Assembly (NCBI RefSeq): GCF_044704955.1
Contig: NC_091995.1
Coordinates: 63,798,001-63,862,000, forward strand
Direction: 5' to 3'
Length of the DNA stretch: 64,000 bases
Origin: Pristiophorus japonicus
Taxonomy: Eukaryota
Within the stretch, counting starts at the first letter, position 1. Every line of letters starts with the position of its first letter. The position numbers and the translations under genes were made by a program. Shown in pieces: positions 37,501-50,800 of this stretch. The notes beneath the pieces are model-generated. The model ran no database searches. It was not told where the DNA came from and saw only the letters and a program-made list of their open reading frames with translations.

Positions 37501-39990
37501 GGCTTGTCTTTCTAAAACACTTTGCCCCTTTAGAAATTTGCTGTAATGTGGACCTTGTTGCTTTTTGCGTTAGGTTTCTCTGCCCTCCACTTTTACTTTT
37601 CTTCTTTCTATCTTTTGCTTCTAACCCATGCTACTTTTCTCTGTCTCCCTGCATAGGTTCCCATCCCCCTGCCATAACGTTTTCCAGTCCTCAGGTTTGC
37701 TGCTTTTTCTGGACAATTTATATGTCTCTTCCTTGGAGTTAACAATACCCCTAATCTCCCTTGTTATCCAGGGTTGAGCCATCTTCCCTGTTTTATTTTT
37801 ACGTTAGACAAGGATGTACAATTGTTGAAGTTCATCCATGTGATCTTTAAATGTCTGCCATTGCATATCCACCGTCAATCATTTAAGTGTCACTCGCCAG
37901 TCTATTCTAGCCAATTCACGTCTCATATACTCGAAGTTAGCTTACCAGGACCCTAGTCTCTGAATTAACTGTGTCATTCTTCATCTCAATGAAGAATTCG
38001 ATCATAGCGTGATCACTCTTCCCCAAGTGGCCTCGCACAGCAACATTGCGAATTAATCCTCTCTCATTCGACAACACCCAATCTAGGATGGCCAGCTCTC
38101 TATTTAGTTCCTCGACATATTGGTCTATAAAACCATCCCTTATACTCTCTAGGAAATCCTCCTCCACCGTACTGCTACGAGTTTGGTTAGCCCAATCTAT
38201 ATGTAGATTAAAGTCGCTCATGATAACTGCTGTACCTTTATTGCAAGCATTCTTAATTTCTTGTTTAGATGCTGTACCCAACCTCACTAATACTGTCTGG
38301 TGGTCTGTACGCAACTCCCACTGGCGTTTTCTGCCCTTTGATGTTCCGCAGCTTTACTCATGCAGATTCCACATCATTCGAGCTAATGTCCTTCCTTACT
38401 ATTGCGTTAATCTCCTCTTTAACCAGTAATGCTACCCCACCTCATTTTCCTTTCTGTCTCTCCTTCCTGAATATTGAATACCCCTGGGTGTTGAGTTCCC
38501 GGCCTTGGTCACCCTGCAGCCATGTTGCCGTAATCCAAATTACATCATATCCATTACCAGCTCTCTGCGAAGGTAATTCATCCACCTTATTATGAATGCT
38601 CCGCGCATTGAGAAACAGAGCCTTCTGGCTTATTTTTTTTAACACGTTGTCATTTTAGAATTATGTTGTAATGTGGCCCTTTTTGATTTTTGTCTTTGAT
38701 TTCTCTGCCATCCACTTTTACTGATCTACTTTCTACCTTTTGCTTCTGCCCCCATTTTCCTTCCCTCTGTCTCCATGCATAGATTCCCATCCCTCTGCCA
38801 TTTTACTTTTAACCTTTCCCAAAAATACTCCCAAACACTCCCCCTAGAACATCAATTCCAGTCCTGACCAGGTGCATAACGTTCAGTTTGTACTGGTCCC
38901 ACCTCCCCCAGAACCGGTTCCAATGTCCCAGGAATTTGAATCCCTCCCTCTTGCAACATTCCTCAAGCCACGTATTCATCTTAAGTATCCTTCTATTTCA
39001 ACTCTGACTAGCACGTGGCACTGGTAGCAATTTGAGATTACTAGCTTTGAAGTCCTACTATTTAATTTAAGTCCGTGCTCCCTATATTCAGCCTGTACGA
39101 CCTCATCCCGCTTTTTACCTATTATCCTTGATACCTATCTGCACTATGATAAGTGGCTTTTCACCTTCCCCCTCCAGAATGCCCTGCAGCAACTCCGAGA
39201 CATCCTGACCCTTGCACTACGGAGGCAACATACCAACCTGGAGTCTCTATTGTGGTCGCAGAAACGCCTATCTATTCCCTTTGCAATAGAATCCCCTACC
39301 ACTATAGCTCTCCCACTCTTTTTCCTGCCCTCCTGTGGAGCAGAGCCACGCATGGTGCCATGAACTTGGCTGCTGCTGCCTTCCCCTGATGAGCCAGCTC
39401 CCCCAACAGTACCCAAAGCAGTGTATCTGTTTTGGAGGGGTTGACTTCAGGAGATCCCTGCACTACCTTCCTTCCACTGCTCTTCCAGATGGTCATCCAT
39501 TCGCTATCTGCCTGTGTAACCTTTAGCTGCTGTGTGACAAACTCACTAAACGTGCTATTCATAACATCCTCAGAATCACAGATGCTCCAGAGGGAATCCA
39601 TGCGCAGCTCCAATGACGCATTGCGGTCTGACAGGAGCTTGAGCTGGACACACTTCCTGCACACATCGTAGTCAGGGACACTGGAAGTATCTCTGATTTC
39701 CCACATAGCACAGGAGGAGCATGACACGGGTCTAGGCTCTCCTGCCATGAGTAACCCTTAACTTTGGCAACAATGCCAAAGGTTTCTTACTGGTACGAAA
39801 AAGAAAAAGATAAAGAAGAAAAGAAAAAACTACTCACTCATCAACCAGCCAATCACTTACCCTCTTGGCTGACGCGTCACACATCTATTTCTTTTTACAT
39901 CTTTGTTTTAACTTCGGCCACGATCTCCCGACCTGCTGCTTCTCTTCCCGAACTCCGCGGCCTTTTATCAGGGCCTTGATCTCGCGAACT
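34595..39990 (-). mobile_element. Near full-length CR1 LINE (ORF1 + ORF2) with duplicated endonuclease region; disrupted
   Basis: ORF1 CSSCAMWE..CRKC finger and VVGDS esterase motif (39144-39748); APE motifs ITET/MGDFN (twice); RT YLDFQKAFD, SGVPQGSVLGP, FADD (35047-35874); (CATAGAAA)n tail. Confidence 0.95.
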
Positions 39991-39994
39991 ACTG

Positions 39995-40225
39995 CACAGG
40001 GAGTGTTAGATGGGACAGTGTAGAGGGAGCTTTACTATGTATCTAACCCATGCTGTACCTGCCCCTGGGAGTGTTTGATGGGAAAGTATAGAGGGAGCTT
40101 TACTCTCTATCTAACCCGTGCTGTACCTGCCCCGGAGCATTTCAGGGGGCAGTGTAGAGGGAGCTTTACTCTGTATCAAATCCATGCTGTTCCTGCCCTG
40201 GGAGTGTTTGATGGGAGAGTGCAGA
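39995..40225 (+). repeat. ~66-bp minisatellite (GGGACAGTGTAGAGGGAGCTTTACTCTGTATCTAACCC...)
   Basis: 3-4 tandem units lying between two divergently oriented CR1 elements. Confidence 0.85.
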
Positions 40226-40234
40226 GGAAGCTTG

Positions 40235-41497
40235 ACAAATCTTCTGCTTTTTTTTGAGGATGTAACTAGTAGTATGGACAAGGAAGACCCAGTGGATGTG
40301 GCGTTTTTGAACTTTCAAAAGGCTTTTGACAAGGTCCCACACAAGAGATTTGTGTGCAAAATCAAAACACATGGAATTGGGGGTGAAATTTTGACGTGGA
40401 TAGAGAACTGGTTGGCAGACAGGAAGTAGAGAGTCGGGATATACAGGTCCTTTTCAGAATGGCAGGCAGTGACTAGTTAAGTGCTGCAGGGCTCCGTGCT
40501 AGGACCCCAGCTCTATACAATATATATCCATGATTTAGAAGAAGGAATTGAGTGTAATATCTCCAAGTATGCAGATGACACTAAACTGGGTGACGGTGTG
40601 ATCTGTGACGGGGATGCTAAGAGGCTGCAGAGTGATATGGACAGGTTAGGTGAGTAGGCAAATGCATGGCAGATGCAGTATAATGTGGAAAAATTTGAGC
40701 TTATCCACTTTTGGGGCAAAAATGCGAAGACAGAATATTACCTAAATGGCGGCAGATTAGGAAAACGGGAGGTGTAATGAGACCTGGGTGCCATGGTTCA
40801 ACAGTTATTGAAAGTTGGCATACAGGTACAGCAGGCGGTGAAGAAGGCGAATGGAATGTTGGCCTTCATAACTAGGGAATTGAGTATAGGAGCAAGGAGG
40901 TCTTACTGCAGTTGTATAAGGCCTTGGTGCGGCCTCACCTGGAATATTGTGTCCAGTTTTCGTCTCCTAATCTGAGGAAGGACGTTATTGCTATTGAGGG
41001 AGTGCAGCGAAGCTTCACCAGACTGATTCCCGGGATGCCTGGACTGATATACGAGGAGAGACTGGATCAACTGGGCCTTTATACATGGAGTTTAGAAGGA
41101 TGAGAGGGGATCTCATAGAAACATATAAGATTCTGACGGGACGGGACAGGTTAGATGCGGGAAGAATGTTCTCGATGTTGGGGAAGTCCAGTACCAGGGG
41201 ACACAGTTTTAGGTTAATGGGTAGGCTATTTAGCACTGAGATGAAGAGAAACTTCTTCATTCAGAGAGTTGTTAACCTGTGGAATTCCCTGCCACAGAGT
41301 GTTGTTGATACCAGTTCATTTGATATATTCAAGAGGGAGTTAGATATGGCCCTTACGGCTAATGGGATCAAGTGGTTTGGAGAGAAATCAAGAAAGGGCT
41401 ATTTATGGAATGATTAGCCATGATCTTATTGAAGGGTGGTGCATGCTCGAGGGGCCGTATGGCCTACTCCTGCAACTATTTTTTTTCTATGTTTCTA
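40235..41497 (+). mobile_element. 5'-truncated CR1 LINE (RT to 3' end), disrupted
   Basis: FFEDVTSSMDKEDPVDVAFLNFQKAFDKVPH, YADD, LYKALVRPHLEYCVQF, RGDLIETYKIL; TTCTATGTTTCTA tail. Confidence 0.93.
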
Positions 41498-42469
41498 TTG
41501 GGAATGGTCCCATCTCCAATAAACCAAATCCTGGATCATTGGGAATGGTTCATCCTCCAATAAACGTCACTCTGGACGTGTATGGGGGAAGGGGAAGACG
41601 GGGTCAGCAGGGTGGATGGAAATGATGGGAATCTGGATCAAGCGAGTTGACAGTGAGCAAACATGGCCGGTAACATCACACAAACATCACTGCGGGCGTC
41701 ACACAAACATGGCCGTTGACGTCACAAAAACATGGCCGGAAACGTATTACAAATATCACCGGTGACGTCGTTCAAACAGCGCCTGTAACCTCACTAAAAA
41801 ATCACCGGTAAGGTGACACAAACAGGGCCGCCGGTTGCACCTGCAATGGATGACGCCACAATCCTTTCAGTCGGTCGGAGTACGGTGATTGGCTGTTTCG
41901 CCCATTGATTCAGGACCAGGGGGTCACGGGCCATCTCCGACCTTTGCTCAGCGCTGAAGTTTGCAGTTTGTGAAGTCTGTGACCGCTGACTCAGAGCTTT
42001 GGCCCTGCGGGTCAGTCCGGGACCTCTTCAAGATACTCCCCACTCCCTGAGAGCCGCCGAGCCTGGAGACAGGATAGAGTGACAGTGAGAAACAGCGATA
42101 GTGGCTGACGGCAATCTAGCTCAGAGGGGCGGGAGCGAGATTGGCGCAAAGACAGAGTTCAGTCATCAACTCCACACATTCCCAAATTCACTTGCAATCC
42201 CCTTCAGAAGCACCATTGATGCTTCCCTCCCGCAAACGGGAAGTGCTATTCCACTACGGGAGGCCTCAGGCCTGGAGCCCATTGGTTTCGAGGAAGAGCA
42301 GCGCGGCATCAGAATGAAAACGCCGGAGGATATTCGCGTGTGAGCAGAAACCTTGGTAGGCGTTGAATGGTCGGGAGGTTGTGAACGAAAGTTCAGCCGT
42401 TGAAGGACAGGTTTCCCAAAGTGCAGGGAAACAGGAAGACAATGTCAATGGCAGATTACTGCGCGATCT

Positions 42470-43670
42470 TCAGTGAGTTCAGGAAGATGGTATCAGAGGG
42501 AATGTAGCAGAGCAGGGAGACTAGATCCCAGGGTGATGTTCAGTGAGTTCACAGAGATGGTATCAAAGGGAATGTACCAGAGGAGGGAGACACGATCGCC
42601 GGGGTGATGTCCACTGAGATCAGGGAGATGGTATCAGAGGGAATGTATCAGAGCAAGGAGACAGGATCCCCGGGGTGATGTCCAATGAGATCAGGGAGAG
42701 GGTATCAGAGGGAAAGGAGCAGAGCAGGGGGACAGGATCCCTGGGGTGATGATCAGTGAGTTCAAGAAAATGGTATCAGAGGGAATGTAGCTGAGTAGGG
42801 AGACAGGATCTCCGGGATGATGATCAGTGAGTTCATGGCGATGGTATCAGAGGGAGAGCAGGGAGACAAAATCCCTGGGATGATAATCTGTGAGTTCATG
42901 GAGATGCTATCAGAGGGCGAGCAGGGAGACAGGATCCCCGGGAGGATGATCAGGGAGTCCAGGGAGATGGTATGAGAGGGAATGGCGCTGCGCAGGGAGA
43001 GAGGATCCCCGGGGAGATGATCAGTGAGTTCAGGAAAATGGTATCAGAGGGAGGGCAGGGAGACAGGATCCCCGGGGTGATGATCAGTGAGTTCAGGGAG
43101 ATGGTAACAGAGGGCATGTAGCAAAGCAGGGAGACGGGATTCCCGGATTGATGATCAATGAGTTCAGGGAGATGGTATCAGCGGGAATGTACCAGAGCAG
43201 GGAGACAGGATCCCCGGATTAATGATCAGGGAGTTCAGGGAGATGGTATCAGAGGGAATGTAGCAGAACAGGGAGACAGGATACCTGGCGTGATGATCGG
43301 TAAGTTTAGGGAGATGGTATCAGAGGGAGAGCAGGAAGACAGGATCCCTGGGGTAATGGTCAGTGAGTTCAGGTTAATGCTATCAGAGGGAATGGCGCAG
43401 AGCAAGGAGACAGGAACCCTGGGGTGATGTTCAGTGAGTTCATGGAGATCGTATCAGAGGGAGAGCAGAGTGACAGGATCCCGGGGTGGTGAGCAGTGAG
43501 TTCAGGAAGATGGTATCAGTGGGAATGATGCAGAGCAGGGAGAGAGGATCCCCGGGGTGAAGATCAGGAAGTTCAGGGAGTTGGTATCAGAGGGCGAGCA
43601 AGGAAACAGGATCCCTGGGGTGATGATCAGTGAGTTCCGGGAGATGGTTTCAGAGGGAATGTATCAGTAC
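42470..43670 (-). repeat. Expanded 71-bp minisatellite (with shorter variant units)
   Basis: GAGCAGGGAGACAGGATCCCCGGGGTGATGATCAGTGAGTTCAGGGAGATGGTATCAGAGGG units; reverse complement of 23480-23870. Confidence 0.9.
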
Positions 43671-45079
43671 AGAGAGAACTGTAATCTGGAAACAGGAGAC
43701 AGAGGGTCAGCGTTAATGGGCGTTGCTGAGATTATAGCAGGATTGGAGATGGTTACTTTGCTCCTTGGTCTGTTTAAAACGTTTCGACTCGGAAGTCCCT
43801 TAAAGAGTCTAATCCAAAACCAAAAATGATTGTACAAGTGCCTTCCCCGGGAGGAGGGCTCCAGTCGCACACTTGGCCTGGTCAAAACCGGAATGATATT
43901 AGATCAGAATTGGATTTTGCCCGCCTATCACTCACCCTGCCCCCATAGACCTACCGGCGGAGAAGGCTGAATAATAATCGCGGGCACACTGGGGCGGCTC
44001 CTCTAATCTCCCTGAAATGCTGTCTAAGAGCTGGAGCCACTCAGTGTGTTCAACTGGAAAATAGATAGAGTCGGTGCGTATGACAGAAAACGATCGACAG
44101 AGCGTGTCTGTGTCTGATAGGCACCGGGCTCTGGGAATAATTCCCCGGGATTGTGCTCACTGGTGAGTTTATGTCAGGTTTCTAACCCCTGTTGTACCTG
44201 CCCTGGGAATGTTTGATAGGATAGTGTAGAGGGAGCTTTACTCTGTATCTCACCCCGTGCTGTGCCTGCCCTGGGAGTGTTTGATGGCACAGTGTAAAGG
44301 GAGCTTTACTTTGTCTCTAACCTGTGCTGTACTTGCCCTGGGAGTATTTAGTGGGACAGTGTACAGGGAGATATACTCTGCTGTGTACTGAAAAGTACAA
44401 GCTGTGACGGAGCAGCGTCCTGATATTTAATAGAACCTATCATGTGACTGTGACAGAACATAATATTATAGGAGATTACATGGTGTCCTTGGTCGCTGCG
44501 CAGTAATTCCGCCTCTGGGGCCGGACATCATCATAGGCAGTCCCTCAGAATCGAGCAAGACTTGGTTGCATTCCTGGACTCAGTTCTTTGGTGGATGAAC
44601 AGTCCAACACGAGAGCCACAGACTCTGTCACAGGAGGGAGAGAGAGTCGTTGAGGGAAGCGGTGGATGGGACAGTTTTGCCGCACGCTCCTTCCGCTGCC
44701 TGCGCTTGATTTCTTCATGCTCTCGGCGATGAGACTCGAGGTGCTCAGCGCCTTCCCGGGTGCACTTCCTCCACTTAGGGCGATCTTAGGCCAGGGACTC
44801 CCAGGTGTAACAAGACAGCGTTAGAGGTGTCTTTAATCCGACGGGACACTGGGTGGCGCAGTGGCTCTTTCAACACTGGGACAACCCAGACAGGACGCGT
44901 GAAAAATATCTGTCGGGGAAATAAAACAGTGTGACAGGGGAAATGGAGCGGATAAAAGAATGAAGGGGAGGTTTGGTGGTCGGGGGGCATTTATCTCAGG
45001 GTTTTTGTCAACGAAACATCCAGAGATTTGTCAATCCGCTTCTTTCAGATTGACGTGTGAGCCGATTGAATCTTGTCAT

Positions 45080-45207
45080 CTTCACCAGAGTGACGGCAGC
45101 GCTGTAGGAAATGGTCAGGAAGAACAGGATGATGAATGTGAAAGCTGTTGTCCAGATGTTGCCTCTCTCGTCCTCATAGTCTTCATTCCAAATGTGGTCT
45201 GAGGAGT
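45080..45207 (-). pseudogene. IGHM: Orphan IgM TM1 exon: in frame, donor GT>AT, TM2 deleted
   Basis: DSSDHIWNEDYEDERGNIWTTAFTFIILFFLTISYSAAVTLVK; acceptor CCCCGTAG intact; the next bases are AT instead of GT. Confidence 0.92.
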
Positions 45208-45929
45208 CTACGGGGAAGTAGGGGAGAAAATATATTCAGATCGTTGATTAATCCCGGATATTATGCTTTTATTTTATATACGCGTTTCTTTCCCATAAGG
45301 TATTAGTTTGTTCCCTAATTTAACTTTCAATGTATATCTTGCGTTAAGTTAATCATTGTCAGCAATCTCTTTCTGTCCCTCACTCCACAGCCGCTCTTCC
45401 TTTATGATCCTCCTATAGTCCCTTTTGGAAAATATGATAGTATTTCTTCAGTGTTAGTGGCTAATTGATTTTGGACGACTTTGTCACGATCTATCATTCG
45501 GAAATAATATGATGAAACATCGAGGCAGGTTTACATCTGGATATCGATTAATTTACCGGTAAGTTAAGGTAGTTACTTATTTGGAGCCTGTCAAGGAGGC
45601 TATATAAGAGTTAAGTTTAGAGTCATAACCTTGTTTTTTTATTTGTTACGGCAATGTTCTGACCATAATTAACTTGTAACAGTTTGCAACAAGTATATTG
45701 ATCCAGTGTATGTGTGAGGCCAGAATATTGAAATATGAGACATTATGGTATCTGGAATTATTTATTCAGGCGAAGCGTTGGCTACTTTGTCCGTCCAAAA
45801 ACGGCATTTTAATTCGATTTTCGTCTGTAGCCTGACGTTTTTGTTTTGCTCTTTTTTGTTTATGTGAGTGTATGACTCTCTTATTCCGGATTAGTCCGTG
45901 TTTGTTTGTCCCTGTGATGTTTGGCTTTT

Positions 45930-46810
45930 TGAGTGCGTGTACTTGTAAGAATGTGTATGTTTGTGTAAATCTTTGCGTGTGTTTTGTGTAAGAGTGCACA
46001 TGTTTATATGCAAGTGCTTCTACTTATCTGTAATTGTGAGTGGGCGATTTGGTGTCGGGGAGTGCGGGTATGTTTATGTGTAAGCATGTTCAGGTCTAAG
46101 GGTTTGTGTGTTGAGATGTGTGTGAATGGTTGTGTGCAACTGTTTTCAAGAGTGTGCTTATGTGAAAGTATATGTGTATGGTTAAGTCTAAGTGTTTGTT
46201 TATGTTTAGGTGTAAGTGTGTGTGTGGATTTTGTGTAACAGTGTGTTTGCATGTAAGTTTTGTGTGTGTGTTTTGTGTCTGTGTGTGTTTGGATTTATAT
46301 GTGTGTTCATGCTTGAGTAAGTGTGTTCAGATGTGTTTTTCCCTCTACGTGTATGGATATGTCTCAGTGCATGTTTATGTTTAGGAGTAAGCATGTGTTT
46401 GTTTTTGTGTAACAGTGGCTTTGCAGGTAAGTTTGTTTGTGCGTGTTTTATGTAAGTATGTATTTGGATTGATGTGTGTGTTTATGTGTGTGTAAGTGTC
46501 TGTAAGTGTGTTTTGTTTAAGTGTGTGTGTGGATTGATGTGTGTGTTTGTGTGTGTGTGTGTTTTGTAAGTGTGTGTTTGGATTGACCTGTATGTTTGTG
46601 TGTGTGTGTGTGTGTTTTGTGTAAGTGCGTGTGCGGATTTATGTGTATATTTATGTGAGTGCAAGTGTGTGTGTGGATTGATGTGTGAGTTTAGGTGTGT
46701 GCAAGTATACGTAAGTGTCTTTTGTGTAAGTGTGTGTCTGGATTAATGTATGTGATTATGTGTATTTAAGTGTGTGTAAGTGTGCTTTATCTATGTGCGT
46801 ATGGCTTGGT
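45930..46810 (-). repeat. Degenerate (TG)n tract, paralog of 15760-16530
   Basis: TG-rich low complexity at the collinear position. Confidence 0.9.
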
Positions 46811-47897
46811 GTGTATTGTTACTATTGTTCAAAGTTTCAGAGAATAGCAATAACTGGATTTGAGAATGCTGGTTTTCATTATATTCTGCTTATGTATAAT
46901 ATTATGTGTCAGAGTTTTAATGTGTGTCTTTATATGTCAGTCTATGAGGGTTTATGTGTAATTGTGCACTTATACAAAAACATGCACACTTACACAAAAT
47001 CATCAAAACACTTACATATGAACACACACAAACTCACTTTCGCATGTATTCTCTCCTGCTCTTTGTAAATTTGTTCTGTGTGATGCGCAATGTGACGTCA
47101 GACGAAGGAATGCAACAATTCAACCAATGGGCCTAAGAAACGTCAGGGACACAACTGTGAGAATTCCGCAGAGGATTCAATCACCAGTTTAGCTATGGCC
47201 CATTAGAATTCAATATGTTAGTTTACAATTAACAGGGACAGATTCACCCTCAACCCTATTTAAAAATACTATATGGAATAAATAGTTATTTCAGAATTTA
47301 ATACACTTTAAAATTTGTGTGTTTGTGTGTGTGTGTGTTTTGTAAGTGTGTGTTTGGATTGACCTGTATGTTTGTGTGTGTGTGTGTGTGTTTTGTGTAA
47401 GTGCGTGTGCGGATTTATGTGTATATTTATGTGAGTGCAAGTGTGTGTGTGGATTGATGTGTGAGTTTAAAATCTTTAGACCATGGGTAAGAATCTCACA
47501 TTGTACTGATGGCAACTTACTCCATATAAAAGAGAGTGGTTCACTTCCCAACTCCCTGCGGGAGGGGCAGTGGGGGTTACATGAATTATACATTGCCCAT
47601 TCCCCTCTCGTTGGTGAGTGAGAGAGGTACAATGAGTTGATAATTATCCTTTACACTCTCTCTGCTGGGGTTGTGGAAGGTACACTGAGTTAATAATTGT
47701 CCTTTACTCTCTCTCTGCTGCTGGGGGAGTGGTGAGGTACTGTGAGTTAATAATTTCCCTTTACACTCTGCTGGTGGAGTGGGGAAGTACAGTCAGTAAA
47801 TAATTGCCGTTTACACTCTCTCTGCTGGGGGAGTGAGGAGATACAGTGAGTTAATGTTTACCCTTTACTCTCTGCTGGGGGAGTGAGGATGTACAGT

Positions 47898-50800
47898 GAT
47901 TGGTCAGCTCGGTACTGTGTGATCGGTCAGCCTCACACTGTGTGATCGGTCAACTCGGCACTGAGCGATCAGCCAGCTCGGCACTCCGCCATTGGTCAGC
48001 TCAGCGATCGGGCAGCTCGGCACTCCTCGATCGGTCAGATCGGCACTCCACAATCGGTCAGCTTTGCACTGTGTGATCGGTCAGCCCGGCACTGTGATTG
48101 GTCAGCTCAGTGCCGTGCTGACAAATCGCTGAGTAACGAGCTGACCGATGATGGAGAGCCGTGCTGACAGATCACACAGTGTTGAGCTGACCCATTCGTA
48201 ATGCCAAGCTGACCGATCATGGAATGCCAAGCTGACCAATCATGGAGTGTGGAGCTCACCGATCACTGAGCTGACCCATCGCCGAATGCCAAGCTGACCA
48301 ATCACAGAGTGCCGAGCTGATAGTTCGCACAGTGCCGAGCTGACCGATCAAACAGTGCAGAGCGGTCTGATTGTAAAATGCCTATTTGACAAATCACTGA
48401 GTAATAAGCTGACCGATGACAGAGTGCCGAGCTGACCGATCGGACAGTGCCAAGCTGAACGATCGCCGAGCTGACCGATTGCACAGTACTGAGCTGACCG
48501 ATCGTGGAATGCCGAGCTGACCAATCACACATGCCAAGCTGACCGATTACACAGTGCAAAGCTGACCAATCAAGGACTGCCGAGCTGCTCGATCGCCGAG
48601 CTGACCAGATTGCACAATGCGGAGCTGACCGATCAAACGATGCGGAGCGGACAGATTGCGGAATGTCGAGCTGACCGATCACAGTGCAAAGCTGACCGAT
48701 TGTGGAGTGCTGAGCTGTCCGATCACACAGTGCCGAGCTGATCAATGATGGAGTGCCGAGCTGAATGATCGCGGAGTGCTGAGCTGACCGATCGCGGATT
48801 GTTGAGCTGACGGATCGCAGAGTGCCGAGCTGATCAATCACTGAGTACTGAGCTGATCTATGACAGAATGCCGAGCTGACCGATCACACAGTGCTGAGCT
48901 GACCGATCGCCGAGCCAACCGATCGTAGAGTAGCGACCTGACCAATCACGGAATGATGAGCTGACCGATCACAGAGTGCCGAGCTGACTGATCACACAGT
49001 GCTGAGCTGACCGATGGAGGAGTGCAGAGCTGAGCAATTGACGAGTGTCAAGCTGACCAATCGCCGAGCTGACCGATGCTGAACTGCCGAGCTGACCGAA
49101 CCTGGAGTGCCGAGCTGCCCGATCACAGAGTGCCAAGCTGACTGATCACATAGTGCTGAGCTGACCAATCGTGGAGTGCCGAGTTGACCGATCAAGGACT
49201 GCCGAGCTCACCGATCGCTGAGCTGACCCATGCTGGAGTGCCGAGCTGACCGATCCTGGAGTGCCGAGCTGACCGATCACAGAGTGCCAAGCTGACTGAT
49301 CACGCACTGCTGAGCTGACCCATCGCAGAATGCCGAGCTGACTAATCACGGAGTGCCGAGCTGACCACTCGCAGAGTGCCGAGCTGATCGATCAAACCAT
49401 ACAGAGTGGACTGATTGTTGAGTGCCGAGCTGACAGTTCGCACATTGCCGAGCTGACCGCTCGCAGAGTGCCGAGCTCACCGATCGCAAAGTGCCATGCT
49501 GACCGATCACCAAGCTGACCGATCACACAGTGCTGAGCTGATAGTTCGCACAGTGCTGAGCTGACCGATCGTGGAGTGCCGAGCTGACCAATCGAGGAGT
49601 GCCGAACTGCTCGATCGCCGAGCTGACCAATGGTGGAATGCCGAGCTGACCGATCATACAGTGATGAGCTGACCGATCGCCGACTGCCGAGCTGACCAAT
49701 CACGGAGATCCGAGCTGACCGATCACACAGTCCAAAGCTAACCGATCGTGGAGTGCTGAGCTGCCCGATCGCTGAGCTGACCAATGGTGGAGTGCCAAGC
49801 AGACCAGTCACTCAGTGCCGAGCTGACCGATCACACAGTGTTAAGCTGACCGATCACACAGTACCGAGCTGACCGATCGCTGAGTACCAAGGTGACCAAT
49901 CACGGAGTGCCAAGCTGACTGAATGTGGAGTGCTGATTGACCAATCACACTGTGCCGAACTGACAGATCGCAGAGCTGAGCTGACCCATCGCGGAGTGCC
50001 GAACTGAACAATCGCTGAGTACTGACTGACCAATGACAGAATGCCGAGCTGACCTATCACACAGTGCCAAGCTGACCGATGGTGGAATGTAGAGCTGAGC
50101 AATTGAGGAGTGCCAAGCTGACCAATCGCCGAGCTGACCGATGCTGGAGTGCCGAGCTGACCGATCCTGGAGTGCCGAGCTGACCGATCACAGAGTGCCA
50201 AGCTGACCGATCACACAGTGCTGAGCTGACCGATCGCCGAGCTAACCGATCGCACAGTAGCGACCTGACCAATCGCGGAATGACGAGCTGACCGATCACA
50301 GAGTGCCGAGCTGACCGATCACACAGTGCTGAGCTGACCGATGGTGGAGTGCAGAGCTGAGCAATTGAGGAGTGTCAAGCTGACCAATCACCGAGCTGAC
50401 CGATGCTGGAGTGCCGAGCTGACCGATCCTGGAGTGCCAAGCTGACCGATCACACAGTGCTGAGCTGACCGATCGCCGAGCTAACCGATCGCACAGTAGC
50501 GACCTGACCAATCGCGGAATGACGAGCTGACCGATCACAGAGTGCCGAGCTGACCTATCACACAGTGCCGAGCTGACCGATGGTGGAATGCAGAGCTGAG
50601 CAATTGAGGAGTGCCAAGCTGACCAATCGCCGAGCTGACCGATGCTGGAGTGCCGAGCTGACCGATCCTGGAGTGCCGAGCTGACCGATCACAGAGTGCC
50701 AAGCTGACCGATCACACAGTGCTGAGCTGACCGATCGCCGAGCTAACCGATCGCACAGTAGCGACCTGACCAATCGCGGAATGACGAGCTGACCGATCAC

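Larger units (their letters stand above)
41660..47897 (-). repeat. Inverted paralogous copy of ~15.0-24.8 kb (IgM 3' end and downstream flank)
   Basis: Collinear reverse-complement matches: 54-bp minisatellite, CA tract, TM1, RTE end, 66-bp, 71-bp and 23-bp minisatellites, and the GC-rich block. Confidence 0.93.

Noticed and set aside
41660-47897. Assembly fold-back artefact
   Set aside because: The arms differ extensively in substitutions, indels, TE content and repeat copy number.
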